Assembly: GCF_001194135.2 (NCBI RefSeq)
Contig: NC_068991.1
Location: 47,405,631 to 47,469,630 of the forward strand
Length of the DNA stretch: 64,000 nt
Direction of reading: 5' to 3'
Source: Octopus bimaculoides
Taxonomy: Eukaryota
Shown here: positions 26,558 through 40,443 of the stretch, piece after piece
How the letters are laid out: each line of letters begins with the position of its first letter
How positions within the stretch are numbered: the stretch's first letter is position 1
Program-made: the position numbers and the translations under genes
Notes under the pieces: generated by a model
The model's input: only the letters and a program-made list of their open reading frames with translations
What the model was told of the DNA's origin: nothing
Databases searched by the model: none

Positions 26558-28468
26558 GTTATTTTTCAAAATGCTTAGCAGCATTTCATGTGCTGAGGTC
26601 AACTTTGCCTTCCATCCTTTCAGGGTCAATAAAATAAGTACCAGTTGAGCACTGGGGGTTGATGTAATTGACTTGCACCTGCCTGGAAGTTACTGGCCTT
26701 GTGCCAAAAATTGAAATCACTATCATTATTATTATTATTATTATTATCATCATTATTATTATTAAGGTGGTGAGCTGTCAGAATTGTTAGCACGCCGGGC
26801 GAAATGCTTAGTGGCATTTCATCTGTGTTTACGTTCTGAGTTCAAATTCCACCAAGGTCGACTTTGCCTTTCATCCTTTCAGGGTTAATGAATTAATAAC
26901 CTGTGAAACACTGGGGTCGATGTAATCAACTAGTTCCCTCTTCCCAAATTTCAGGCCTTATGCCTTTTGTTGAGCTGGCAGAATCGTTAGCATGCTGGGC
27001 AAAATGTTTAGCGGTATTTTGCCTGTTGCTACATTCTCGGTTCAAATTCTGCTGAGGTTGACTTGCCTTTCATCCTTTCGGGGTTGGTAAATTAAGTACC
27101 AGCGAAAGACCGGAGTTGATGTAATCGACTAGTCCCCTTCCCACAAATTTCAGGCCTTGTACTTATAGTAGAAAGAATTATTATTATTATTATTATTAAA
27201 GTGGCGATTTGGCAGAATTGTTAGCACACCGGGTGAAATGCTTACCGGCATTTTGTTCGTCTTCTTGTTCTGAGTCCAAATCCTGCCGAGGTCAACTTTG
27301 CCTTTCATCCTTTTGGGGGTCGATAAAAGAAGTACCAGTGAAAAACTGGGGGTCGATGTAATCAACTTGTCCCCTCTCTCAAAATTTCGGGCCTTGTGCC
27401 TATAGCAGAAAGGACTATAATTATTATTATCATTATTAAGGTGACAAACTGGCAAAATTTCTAGCATGCCGGGTGAAATACTTACCAATATATTTCCTCT
27501 GTTTTTATGTTCTGAGTTCAAATTTCACCGAGGTTGATTTTTGCTTTTCTTCCTTTCGGGGTTGATAAAATAAGTACCAGTTGAACACAGGGGTTGATGT
27601 AATTGATTCATTCCCTCCCCCAGAATTGCTGCTCTTATGGCAAAATTTGAAACCATTATTATTATTATCATTTTGTTGTTGCCATTACTGGTAGTGCTGT
27701 TATTGACATAACTATTTATTTATTCAGACTTTCCCAAGAAGGAATGACATGTCCTGTATTACCTATCAAAATACTTGAATGTACAGTATTTGTGTGCATC
27801 AACAATTGGAAGAATGATTATTCACTTCTTTGGTGTCTATTTAAGAAATATGTTTTTTTTTTTTTGGTGAGCTTTTGTAAATATGTGTATTTTTTTTCTT
27901 TTTGTAAGCTTTTTTGCTGACATATGTGTCGTTTTGTATGCATGAGACAACAGTCCCATAACTAGTTGTATGAATACACATGTGATGCAAGCATGAATTC
28001 CATTTGTGTGTGCATGCATACTACTATTGTTGTTGGCAAATTAATTGGTTGCTTCCTCCATAAATTGTGGCTTTGTGACAATTTTCGTGATTGTTGAGAT
28101 TGTCGTTGTTGTCATCATCATCGTCGTCGTTGTCGTCATCATCATCATCATCATCGTTGTAATTATCATCATCAGCAGCAGTAGCAGCAGCACCTTCGTC
28201 ATCATTGTTATCATGCCTGTTATTATTATTGTTGTTATTGCTGTTGTTGTTAAGAGAGTGAGCTTGCAGAAATATTAGCATGCCAGACAAAATGTTTAGC
28301 AGCATTCGGTCCATCTTTACATGCTGAGTTCAAATTCTGCCAAGGTCAATTTTACTTTTCATTCTTTCAGGGTCAATAAAATAGAGTACCAGTCAGATGC
28401 AGGGGTCAATATAATTGACTTAGCTCCTCCACTAAAACTGTTGGCCATGTGCCAAAATTAGAAAGAGC

Positions 28469-28499
<31 letters not shown>

Positions 28500-29160
28500 C
28501 GCTGGGTGAAATGCTTAGTGGTATTTCATCTGTCGCTACGTTCTGAGTTCAAATTCCGTCAGGGTTGACTTTGCCTTTCTTCCTTTCGAGGTCGATTAAA
28601 TAAGTACCAGTTACACACTGTGGTTGATGTAATTGACATAATCCCTTTCCCCAAATTTGAGGCTTTGTGCTTCCAGTAGAAAGAATTATTATTATTATTA
28701 TTATCATTATTGTTAAAGGCGGTAAGCTGGCAGAATCATTAGCACACTGGGCAAAATGCTTTGCAGCATTTCCTCTCTCACTACATTCTGAGTTCAAATT
28801 CCATCGAAGTCGACTTTGCCTTTTATCCTTACAGGGTTGATAAATTAAGTACCAGTCAAGTGCTGGGGTTAATGTGATTGATGGTCCCCCTTCCCACAAA
28901 TTCCAGGCCTTGTGCCTACAGTAGAAAGGATTAGTGTTGTTGTTGTTGTTGAAGAACAGTGATTGACAAAATCAATAAGGGTGCTGGATGAAATGCTTTG
29001 AACTACTTTGTTATGTTCCTTTTTACATTCCGAATTCAAATCAGGCCAAAGTTAATTTTGCCTTTCATCCTTCTGGAATTAATAAAATAAGATACCAGTC
29101 AATTATCGGGACTGATTTGATTGACTACACCATCCCCCAAATTGTGTACCATGCTTTTGC
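26003..29160 (+). repeat. Head-to-tail array of about 11 SINE family D copies separated by (TTA)n
   Basis: Unit of about 200 bp: GAGCTGGCAGAAT..TTAGCA...GTTCAAATTC...TTTGCCTTTCATCC...AAGTACCAG...GGCCTTGTGCC. Plus-strand copies start near 26143, 26311, 26565, 26765, 26970, 27200, 27440, 28255, 28498, 28716 and 28955; one minus-strand fragment at 26003-26090. Confidence 0.9.
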
Positions 29161-29299
29161 TAATTGTTTTAGGTACCTGTGTAGTCACAAACAGACAAAC
29201 ACTTCCTCATCTCTCCTACCCAGTGGCACATCTAGGATGTGACAGCTGGAGGCAGAGAGAGAGAGAGAGAGAGATAGATAGATAGAGAGNNNNNNNNNN

Positions 29300-29339
<40 letters not shown>

Positions 29340-30279
29340 GCATCACCGCTTAGCTAGTACTTGTTTTCAGCTGAGTAGACAAGAACAATATGAAATGAAA
29401 TACCCTGCTCAAAGATACAATTCCATTGCTTAGCCTCAGAATTAAACCAACAGCATTAGGATCATGAGCCATATACCTGAGGTACCAAGCCATATGTCTT
29501 CATTTGTTTATCTCTGTTAATGAGTCACCTCATCAATCTATCAATCTGAAACAGGCCAATGTTCTCTCAAGGAGAAAAGTTATATTTCATACTTTGCTTG
29601 ATGCCAACAAACCAGAGTAGAACACTGATCCTATAAATGTTACAGAGTTCAGAAGGTGTTTACATTCATAAGATCATTAATAATATATGGGAAAGATGAT
29701 CGCTATCACTACAAACCACATCTAATATCTGAGTAGTAGACTTTTCCAAAGGAATTTATGACCCACTTTGCCATATTTTTTTTTATAGAACCTATATGTT
29801 GGCATATAAAAAGCTTCCACTCCATATTGTAAAGCGGATGGCATTTGGAAGGATATCCAGCTGTAAAAACCATGTCAAAACTGACCTTGCCTGTGCTGGT
29901 GCCACATAAAAAGCACTCAGTCCACTCTGTGGGGTGGTTAGTGTTAGGAAGGGTATCCAGCTGTATAAAACCATACCAAAACAAACACTGAAGCCTGGTC
30001 CAGTCTTTTGCTTAGCTAGTTTCTGTCAAACCGTCCAACCTATGCCAGCACAGAAAGCAGACATTATATGATGATGATGATGAGGAGGAGGAGGAGGAAT
30101 ATAAGGCAGTGAATTACAAAGTTACCAGAGCTTCGCATAGAATTCCTTCCTGTATTTGTTCTGACTCTCCAATCTATGAGTTCAAAACCCACTGAGGCTA
30201 ACTTTAATTTTCAACTTTCTGGGATGATAAATACAGCACTCGTCAAGTCCTGGGGTTTGTTTTTTTTGCTTCCCTTCTC

Positions 30280-30316
<37 letters not shown>

Positions 30317-30632
30317 TTCCTCTCCCCCTTTCTCTCTATCTCCCTCTCACTCTCAAACAAATGTGTTCACAATGCAACTCCATCAATTCTTTTACTACCA
30401 CTCTGTGGACACAAGAAAGATATTTGAGTCAAGGAAAGAGCTAATTCAAACCAATGTCTATGTAGTTGCTTGACATGCTAGAAATAGCAGCCAAATTTCA
30501 CTGTTCATGACCTACTTCCTTAAAAAATGAAGGGTACATTGGATGATGTGGTTTTAAATATGCTATATTTGAATAACAGACAGGTGGGTCATGTCAGGAA
30601 TGCTTTTGATGATATGTCTACTAAATCAGGAC

Positions 30633-31015
30633 TTGTTGGCACTCCATCGCTTATGACGTCGGGGGTTCCAGTTGATCTGATCAACGGAACGGCCTGCTCG
30701 TGAAATTAACGTGCAAGTGGCTGTGCACTCCACAGACATGTGTACCCTTAACGTAGTTCTCGGGGATATTCAGCGTGACATAGTGTGACAAGGCTGACCC
30801 TTTGAATTACAGGCACAACAGAAACAGGAAGTAAGAGTGAGAGAAAGTCGTGGTGAAAGAGTACAGCAGGGTTCGCCACCATCCCCTGCCAGAGCCTCAT
30901 GGAGCTTTAGGTGTTTTCGCTCAATAAACACTCACAACGCCCGGTCTGGGAATCGAAACCGCGATCCTATAACCGCAAGTCCGCTGCCCTAACCACTGGG
31001 CCATTGCGCCTCCAC
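30633..31015 (-). mobile_element. SINE family A copy
   Basis: Near-identical to 14215-14598, flanked by ATCAGGACT duplication. Confidence 0.9.
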
Positions 31016-33059
31016 TGCATCAGGACTAACAGAGAGCTAAACAACAATGACAACAACAACAACCTTGAGACTAATGCCAAGCCATAATAGGTGTCTGCTT
31101 TGTGTCTCAAAACACAGAGGTCATTGTTATTTGCTGTGTTAGAGGTCAACTTTATTTATTATTTATTTATTTTTTTTTGTCAATCCCATCTACAGAATTA
31201 ACCTTTGTGATATAAAGCCATTATTAATTAACTTCAGTAAAACGAAAAAAATACAATAAAAAACGTCATTGTTGCAGTTTTTACTTCCTATTTACTAAGT
31301 TGACTTTGCCTATCGTAGCCTTAGATGTTGAAAAATCCAAACTGTTTCCTTCAACATATAAAAAAAAAAAAAAAAAGCACAGTCATGGGTGTGTGGGATG
31401 AATTTTGCTCCTCAACCACATGGTTCTGGGGTCAGTCCGTAGCATGGCACCTTAGCTGTGCATCTTCTACTATAGCCCCAGGCCTTGTGAGTAAATTTGG
31501 TACACAAAAACTGGAAGAAGCCTATCATATATGTGCATGTGTTTATATATCTTTTATTTGATTCAGTCATCAGAATGTGGCCATGCTGGGGCACTGCCTT
31601 GAGGAATTTTAGTTGAACCTAGTACTTGTTATTTTTTTGTAAAGCCTGGTACTTATTCAATCAATCACTTTTGCCAAACTACTCAGTCACAAGGACATAA
31701 ACGTACCAACACGTTTTGTCCCCCATCAAGCGTTGATGGGGGACAAACACATACACAAAGACACACACACACACATACACACAATGGGTTTCTTTCAATT
31801 TCCATCTACCAAATCCAATCACAAGGCTTTGGTCAGCCTTAGGCTATACTAGGAACCATGTGGTTTGGAAGCAAACTTCTTACCACACAGCTCACAGCCA
31901 TGCCTATGTATGTATGTATCTATGTATGTATGTACATATATATATGTGTGTCTTTTACTCTTTTACTTGTTTCAGTCTTTTGACTGTGGCCATGCTGGAG
32001 CACCGCCTTTAGTCGAGCAAATCGATCCCAGGACTTATTCTTTAGAAGCCTAGTGCTTATTCTATCGATCTTTTTTGCCGAACCGCTAAGTTACGGGGAC
32101 ATAAACACACCAGCATCGGTTGTCAAGCGATGATAGGGGGGGGACAAACACACACATACAAACATATACACACACATACATATATATATATTGATATAGA
32201 TGTATGTGTGTGTGTGTATAGACAATGACNNNNNNNNNNNNNNNNNNNNNNNNNNNNNNNNNNNNNNNNNNNNNNNNNNNNNNNNNNNNNNNNNNNNNNN
32301 NNNNNNNNNNNNNNNNNNNNNNNNNNNNNNNNNNNNNNNNNNNNNNNNNNNNNNNNNNNNNNNNNNNNNNNNNNNNNNNNNNNNNNNNNNNNNNNNNNNN
32401 NNNNNNNNNNNNNNNNNNNNNNNNNNNNNNNNNNNNNNNNNNNNNNNNNNNNNNNNNNNNNNNNNNNNNNNNNNNNNNNNNNNNNNNNNNNNNNNNNNNN
32501 NNNNNNNNNNNNNNNNNNNNNNNNNNNNNNNNNNNNNNNNNNNNNNNNNNNNNNNNNNNNNNNNNNNNNNNNNNNNNNNNNNNNNNNNNNNNNNNNNNNN
32601 NNNNNNNNNNNNNNNNNNNCATATATATATGTGTGTCTTTTACTCTTTTACTTGTTTCAGTCTTTTGACTGTGGCCATGCTGGAGCACCGCCTTTAGTCG
32701 AGCAAATCGATCCCAGGACTTATTCTTTAGAAGCCTAGTGCTTATTCTATCGATCTTTTTTGCCGAACCGCTAAGTTACGGGGACATAAACACACCAGCA
32801 TCGGTTGTCAAGCGATGATAGGGGGGGGACAAACACACACATACAAACATATACACACACATACATATATATATATTGATATAGATGTATGTGTGTGTGT
32901 GTATAGACAATGACACTCATTTACAACCTTCAAGTGATGTCAAAACAGGAGACACACACACACACACACACACGCATGCACACACACGCACACATGCACA
33001 CAAACACACACACACTCATAAATTTATTATTATTTAACAAGAATAGTATTGACAATGAC

Positions 33060-33760
33060 TTCAAAGCTTCAGTCAGCTAAACCATCGTTGTACTGTGGTA
33101 CGTTTGTGTTTGTCTTTGTTAAATTAAAATTTTCTAGGGTAAGCTTTCTCTTGAGTGATAGTTAGGTTGTATGATGGGTTGTGTTAGCAAAATGTTATGG
33201 AGAATTTTATTGCTTAAATTTGCGGTTGTACTATTGTTTTGAATTCATTCAAGCATGTAGAACTTTGTAATCAGGTGTATATATTTAGGTGTATCATCTT
33301 CACATTGTAGGGGGTTCACAAACGAATGTAGTTAGGTTGGAGGTGCATGTTGGTCAGTAGATATGTCATTCAGTTTAGTTGTGTTGTTTTTATCTGGATA
33401 TTATTGGGATATTTAACCTTTTGTTTTGAGAATGTGAAGATTAAATTTGAGAGCTCAGTCCAGTTTTTAAACCTTTGTAATTAGGTATGTTTATTAGGTG
33501 TGTTAGCTTTTAGGTCATGAAGATTTTAAGGGTTTACATAAGGATGTAATTAGGGGGTAAGTTTTAGTTTGTTGGCAGGTTGATGTTATTTATATTTTTT
33601 TTGAAGTAGATGTAAATGTTTTTGGTCAACATATTTATCCCTAGGGGATCATTGTTCTAAAAATTACTTGGTTACTATTTAGAAATTTTAACATTTGTGT
33701 TTAGATGGGGGTGAAGTTTATTTTTTATAAATATTTGTTCTATTCCTCTTGTGAACATTA
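33060..33760 (-). mobile_element. Highly degenerate LINE 3' remnant
   Basis: A/C-skewed minus strand with LGI..DQK and TPKYIH-like pieces; similar character to 60.0-60.4 kb. Confidence 0.35.
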
Positions 33761-33915
33761 AAACATTAGATTAACAAATTCTCCCCCTGCCTACCCAACT
33801 TGTGCACACCACCAAAAATGACCAAAGTTAGTATATACACTATTTTGGCTCTCTTTCTAGCTTCATCCTTGTTATTCTCATCCATTCTTCTGTAACATGA
33901 GTAGTTATGTAAGCT

Positions 33916-34293
33916 GTTGTTTGTTGGCACTCCATCGCTTATGACGTCGAGGGTTCCAGTTGATCCGATCAACAGAACAGCCTGCTCGTGAAATTAACGT
34001 GCAAGTGACTGAGCACTCCACAGACACGTGTACCCTTAATGTAGTTCTCGGGGATATTCAGCGTGACAAGGCTGACCCTTTGAATTACAGGAACAACAGA
34101 AACAGGAAGTAAGAGTGAGAGAAAGTTGTGGTGGAAGAGTACAGCAGGGTTCGCCACCATCCCCTGCCGGAGCCTCGTGGAGCTTTAGGTGTTTTCGCTC
34201 AGTAAACACTCACAACGCCCGGTCTGGGAATTGAAACCGCGATCCTATGACCGTGAGTCCGCTGCCCTAACCACTGGGCCATTGCGACTCCAC
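33916..34293 (-). mobile_element. SINE family A copy
   Basis: Same sequence family, with a 10-bp TSD TATGTAAGCT. Confidence 0.92.
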
Positions 34294-35091
34294 TATGTAA
34301 GCTAGTTATGTTATAAAGGAGCCCTTCTACAGCAAAACCAGAACAGAAGTTCTTCCATACTTTAACCTCTCATCTCCTAGTGTGTAACCTCACTCAGTCA
34401 GTGGTGGTGGAGGATCTTAGTCTTGCCAGCTACATGACAGCCTCACTAGTGCTAGTGCTCTGAGACAAAAGTACCCAGTATGCTCTGTAAAGTAGTTGGT
34501 GTTAGAAAAGACATCCAGCCATAAAAATCCATGCCAAAGCATACATCAGAGCATGATGCAGTCTTCTGACCTATTGGATTCTCTCAAATCATCTAACCCA
34601 TGCAAGCATGGAAGATGGATGTTTAAAAAATGATAATGATGATGACAATATATTTTATCTTTTACTCGTTTCAGTCATTGAACTGTAGCCATGCTGGAGC
34701 ACCGTCTTAAAGGATTTAGTCAAGCAAATCGACACCAGTATTTATTATTTTAAAGCCTGACCACTAAGTTACAACTAAACTACGCTAAGTTACAACTACA
34801 TAAACAAACCAACACTGGTTGTTAAGTGGTAAAAAGAGGACAAACATAAACACAATGACACACAAACACACACACACACTCACACACATATATGACAGGC
34901 TTCTTTCAGTTTCTGTCTATCAAATTCACTCATAAGATGAGGGCTATAAGTGGAAGACATGTGCCATACAGCGGGACTAAACCAGGAACTATGTGCTTGA
35001 AAGCAAATGTTTTACAAGTTTCATTTCTTATTTACTCATGTCCCATTCTGAAGTAACCTCTCACACACCTTGCCAAAATATTTACCATGCT

Positions 35092-35422
35092 GCGGAGGCG
35101 CAATGGCCCAGTGGTTAGGGCAGCGGACTCGCGGTCATAGGATCGTGGTTTCGATTCTCAGACCGGGCATTGCAAGTGTTTAAGCAAAAACACCTAAAAG
35201 CTCCACGAGGCTCCGGCAGGGGATGGTGGCGAACCCTGCTGTACTCTATCACCACAACTTTCTCTCACTCTTACTTCCTGTTTCTGTTGTGCCAGTAATT
35301 CAAAGGGTCAGCCTTGTCACACTGTGTCACGCTGAATATCCCCGAGAACTACGTTAAGGGTACACGTGTCTGTGGAGTGCTCAGCCACTTGCACGTTAAT
35401 TTCACGAGCAGGCTGTTCCGTT
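35092..35422 (+). mobile_element. SINE family A copy running into a gap
   Basis: Head GCGGAGGCGCAATGGCCCAGTGG on the plus strand. Confidence 0.9.
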
Positions 35423-35981
35423 NNNNNNNNNNNNNNNNNNNNNNNNNNNNNNNNNNNNNNNNNNNNNNNNNNNNNNNNNNNNNNNNNNNNNNNNNNNNNN
35501 NNNNNNNNNNNNNNNNNNNNNNNNNNNNNNNNNNNNNNNNNNNNNNNNNNNNNNNNNNNNNNNNNNNNNNNNNNNNNNNNNNNNNNNNNNNNNNNNNNNN
35601 NNNNNNNNNNNNNNNNNNNNNNNNNNNNNNNNNNNNNNNNNNNNNNNNNNNNNNNNNNNNNNNNNNNNNNNNNNNNNNNNNNNNNNNNNNNNNNNNNNNN
35701 NNNNNNNNNNNNNNNNNNNNNNNNNNNNNNNNNNNNNNNNNNNNNNNNNNNNNNNNNNNNNNNNNNNNNNNNNNNNNNNNNNNNNNNNNNNNNNNNNNNN
35801 NNNNNNNNNNNNNNNNNNNNNNNNNNNNNNNNNNNNNNNNNNNNNNNNNNNNNNNNNNNNNNNNNNNNNNNNNNNNNNNNNNNNNNNNNNNNNNNNNNNN
35901 NNNNNNNNNNNNNNNNNNNNNNNNNNNNNNNNNNNNNNNNNNNNNNNNNNNNNNNNNNNNNNNNNNNNNNNNNNNNNNNNN

Positions 35982-36375
35982 TGGTGGTGGTGGTGGTGGT
36001 GGTGGTGGTAGTGGCATGCAGGGGGTGGGGGCAGGGGTAGCAGCAGTTGTGATGGAGGCAGTGGTATGCAGCAATGGTAGAGATATTGGCAACAGTGGGA
36101 GCACTGACTGCGGAGATGGCAATAGTAGTGGGGGTGGTGGTGATGGTGGTGGTGATGGTAGCAAGACTGAAGTGGGGATGACAGTGGTATTGTGAATTGT
36201 AGCAATGGTAGTAGTGGCAGTAGTGGTTTTCATGTTGATAATGTTGATGATGATGATGATGGCATTATCTATTATCTGAATGAACAACTGAAGAACTCAC
36301 ATGCAGTAGTGATGGTGGTAGTGGTGTCAGTGATGCTGATGATGGCAACAATGATGATGGTGATGATGACAACAA
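35982..36375. repeat. GGT/GAT trinucleotide-derived low-complexity tract
   Basis: Read directly. Confidence 0.85.
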
Positions 36376-36916
36376 CACTTTAACATGATCTAAGTGCACT
36401 GCTAACACAGTAGTACATGGTACTGACTTATAGAATCATTTAACATACTTTGTAGTATATCATAGTTGCATAACGAAATACCGTGTGCCTACAAGTCATT
36501 AATATTTATGTAACAACAATTAGATGACAAGATGTTGCCAGCACTAATATCACCAATGATGGTATAAAGCTAGTTTTTGGAACATAAAATATTCTTACAT
36601 AAAATTATATAATGAAAGGTTTTAACTTAAAAATAAATACTTTAAAGTGAGAGGGTTTGTATCAAAATTTAGGATTAGTCCTAGGCACAGGTGTACTCAA
36701 AATAGGGGCCAAATGGTTCGGATGTTGGTCTCATGATCATTAGATAATGATTTGAATTCTTGGAATCGGTCATGCATTGTGTCTTTGAGAAAAAACACTT
36801 CATTTGATGTAGCTCCAGTCCACCCATTGAAAATGAGTACCATCTGTTGCTGGGGGGTCAACTCTAGGAAAGACAAGCATCCCAATTTAGTCTTTTTTGT
36901 ATTCTCAGTCGCTTAA

Positions 36917-37138
36917 CCCCTTTGTTACCATATTTCTGTTGAAATTCACAGCCATAGTTTCAATTAATTTTGAAAATAATGACAAATTTGGTAAAATAAC
37001 TTTGTCATTATTAAGCTTGAATTTGGGACATAAATGAACATGATATTTTGATGGAAGGTTTTAATTTAGATCACTTAAAATCATAAAGCTTGTACCATAG
37101 AACCACAGTCAGTTGCGGGTGGGTTGGTATCAAAATGG
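36917..37138. mobile_element. piggyBac-like MITE, second family (partial copies about 1168-1330 and 50997-51225)
   Basis: TTAA-CCCCTTTGTTACC ... GGTATCAAAATGG-TTAA; the internal sequence recurs elsewhere in the window. Confidence 0.65.
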
Positions 37139-37214
37139 TTAAACATACAAAAAGGCTAGGTAAGACCTGGGCTAATGAGCATGGAAGTTTGAGACAAACT
37201 TCAGTATAACGAAA

Positions 37215-37566
37215 TCGTGATGGTACCTGTGCCCGGCGTCGCCTTCCTGGCACTCGTGCTGGTGGCACGTGTAAAGACATTTGAGCGAGATCGTTGCCAG
37301 TGCCGCTGGACTGGCTACTGTGCAGGTGGCACGTAAAATACAGCATTTTGAGCATGGCTGTTGCCAGTACCGCCTGACTGGCCTTCATGCCGGTGGCACA
37401 TAAAAGCACCCACTACACTCTTGGAGTGTTTGGCGTTAGGAAGGGCATCCAGCTGTAGAAACTCTGCCAGATCAGATTGGAGCCTGGTGTAGTCATCTGG
37501 TTCACCAGTCCTCAGTCAAATCGTCCAACCCATGCTAGCATGGAAAGCGGACGTTAAACGATGATG

Positions 37567-37598
<32 letters not shown>

Positions 37599-37600
37599 AT
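37215..37600 (+). mobile_element. SINE-like family C ending in (GAT)n
   Basis: Ends TTAGGAAGGGCATCCAGCTGTAGAAA...CATGGAAAGCGGACGTTAAACGATGATG. Other copies at about 380-590, 10960-11130(-), 12725-12850(-), 13660-14120(-), 15590-15730, 29740-30090, 34430-34650, 41410-41545(-), 51680-51850. Confidence 0.8.
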
Positions 37601-38539
37601 ACTAAAATATACTAAATACAAGTAATGCAAGTAATATACTAAATACAAGTAATACAAGTAATATACTAAGTGTTTCAAATATATTCATTCATTTTATTTT
37701 TGTTTTCAATGCTAGCATAGATTAAGTGAATATATCATTGAGGCATTGTTTTACAGCTGGATACTCTTCCTGCCACTAACACTTAACTGTTTCCATATAA
37801 GAGATCTCTTCTTTCTTGTTGCTAACCCATACTTGTTTTCCATGTAAAGGATTTCTGTTCCACTTGCCTTTGAAAGTGCTAAGATACAGAACAATGCTCA
37901 GTATTATACTAAATAGAAATTAATTGTACATGCTTATAGTGGTTAACCGTACATTCCTTCTCAATAGTACTTATTTAAAACAAGGTTAGGTGAATAAGTG
38001 TCACTGTAAATAACATGCAGCTTTGCTAGAGACAAAATTACAATGAGCTAATAAGAAAGCTCTTTCACAATCACTCAACCTTTTAGAAAAAGTAGCCAAA
38101 TCCCTTCATATCATATTGTACCGTTTTACAGAAAGAAAAGTCATAATGAACAATATTATTCTACATACTTCTAAAATGATGGGATAATTACAATTGGTTT
38201 GCCTTTGATCATTGGTCTATTCAATTAGGATCAATCTGTAAATGTGCTACAACAACATATTGCAGTACTTGACTCTGGAGAAATAAAAGGCAAAGTCATA
38301 CTAAATCTGAACTTAGAACATAACGAGTTGTAATTAACTGCAGTATTTTCTTTGGCACTTTACCAATCTTGCCATCCACTACCCAATGATGATGATGATG
38401 ATGATGATGATGATAATAATGATAATGGTGATAATGATGGTGGTGATGCTGATGATGATTGAACTGAATTGAAGGCAGTAGAGGCCTTATACAACTAGAA
38501 AACTGCTATAAAATATCCACCATAGGACTACAAAAATAT

Positions 38540-39930
38540 CTGAGTCAGAACCAAGGAAAACTGATACAAATAGTCACAAAGCATGAGCAAAGTAAAAAAG
38601 AAATGTTTTCTGTTTTCAAGGAAGTTGAAAAATTCAAGGAAGAGGTCATAATATCTGACAACTATGAAGAAAAAGAAGAAACATTGAAAGTTATAAAGCA
38701 ACTAAAATCTAAACTAAAACTGGAACTACAAAATACCATGATAAAACAACGGCAAGAAAAGCCCTTACATGGCAGATACTGGGATAAGCTGTGTGTGTGT
38801 TGGCACTCCGTCGCTTACGACAACAAGGGTTCCAGTTGATCCGATCAACAGAACAGCCTGCTCATGAAATTAACGTGCAAGTGGCTGAGCACTCCACACA
38901 CACGTGTACCCTTAATGTAGTTCTCGGAGATATTCAGCGGGACACAGAGTGACAAGGCTTGCCCTTTGAAATACAGGTACAACAGAAACAGGAAGAAAGA
39001 GTGAGAGAAAGTTGTGGTGGAAGAGTACAGCAGGGTTCGCCACCATCCTCTGCTGGAGTCTCGTGGAGCTTTAGGTGTTTTCACTCAATAAACACTCACA
39101 ATGCCTGGTCTGAGAATCAAAACCGCGATCCTATGACTGTGAGTCCACTACCCTAACCACTGTGCCATTGTGCCTCCTGGGATACGCTAAACAGAAAAGA
39201 AATAGACAAAATAAAATCTCAACAGTGGTTGAGAAGTTCAGATCTTAAAGCAGAGACTGGCGGGTTTTTAATTACGGCACAAGAACAAAGTTTCCCCACC
39301 AGAAATCACCAAAAAACACATGATGAAAAATATTATAAGTAACTGCAGAATATATTATGATGGGGAAGAAATAATAAATCATATTTTCTCTGGTCGCCCA
39401 ATCGTAGACAAGAAGAAATACATCCAGAAACACAACAGAGTTGGGACTTATATACATATGAAGTTATGCCAACACTATGACATGGCAACAGGAAAAAGAC
39501 GGTCTAGGCATACACCAGAAAAGCTCTCAGAAAATGACGAAGCAACCATACTCTAAGATATGCCAATACATACAGATAGAGAGATCAAGGCCAATAGACT
39601 AGATGTTGTTATCAGAGACCACCAAGAAAGAAAACACTTTCTAACTGACATATCAGTCCCAACAGACTCTAAAAGAAATTCTCAAAATACAAAGATCTGG
39701 GAATAGAGATGACCTGAATGTAGGGCTTGAAGGCAGAAGTAATCCCTATAATAATAGATGCATTAGACATGGTTAAAAACATTACTGACAAATACATAGC
39801 AAAAAAACCCAGGACTTACAAATATATATAACATACAGAAAATAGCACTGCTAGGCACTGCATACATCCTACGTAAAGCACTTTCAGTACAGTAAAAATA
39901 ACAACACTAAAACAAACCACAACACATATC
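38540..39930 (+). mobile_element. R4/Dong-type non-LTR retrotransposon 3' fragment with nested SINE
   Basis: QEKPLHGRY, QWLRSSDLKAETGGFLITAQEQSFPTRN, HNRVGTYIH, TIL*DMPIHTDREIKANRLDVVIRD...DISVP. Confidence 0.85.
38791..39176 (-). mobile_element. SINE family A copy nested in the R4/Dong fragment
   Basis: TSD CTGGGATA(A/C)GCT at 38779-38790 and 39177-39188. Confidence 0.9.
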
Positions 39931-40060
39931 CTGAAATGTGAAACAAATTACCTGCATCAGTTGTTAGCTGCCAAGACATTGCATCCTTTAAATCCTCCAT
40001 GCTTCCTGAAATTCACCAACACTACACCCGATATCGCCGCCTCCCTATGCATACACACAC

Positions 40061-40443
40061 TTTGTGGCACTCCATCACTTACGATGTCGAGGGTTCCAGT
40101 TGATCCGATCAACGGAACAGCCTGCTTGTGAAATTAACGTGCAAGTGGCTGAGCACTCCACAGACATGTGTACCCTTAACGTAGTTCTCGGAGATATTCA
40201 GCGTGACACAATGTGACAAGGCTGACCCTTTGAATTACAGGCACAACAGAAACAGGAAGTAAGAGTGAGAGAAAGTTGTGGTGAAAGAGTACAGCAGGGT
40301 TCGCCACCATCCCCTGCCAGAGCCTCGTGGAGCTTTAGGTGTTTTCGCTCAATAAACACTCACAACACCCGGTCTGGGAATCGAAACCGCGATCCTATGA
40401 CCACAAGTCCACTGCCCTAACTACTAGGCCATTGCGCCTCCAC
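40061..40443 (-). mobile_element. SINE family A copy
   Basis: Same family, bracketed by 130-bp direct repeats. Confidence 0.9.

Noticed and set aside
26003-29160. CRISPR-like repeat-spacer array
   Set aside because: The units are about 200-bp SINE copies also found dispersed elsewhere, the spacers are microsatellites, and the context is eukaryotic.
31935-32914. 295-bp direct duplication (31935-32229 and 32620-32914)
   Set aside because: The copies appear identical and sit exactly either side of an N gap; most likely unmerged overlapping contig ends.
33060-33760. G/T-skewed stretch as a mitochondrial insertion (NUMT)
   Set aside because: No mitochondrial protein, rRNA or tRNA motif was recognisable; fragments fit a LINE post-RT region better.
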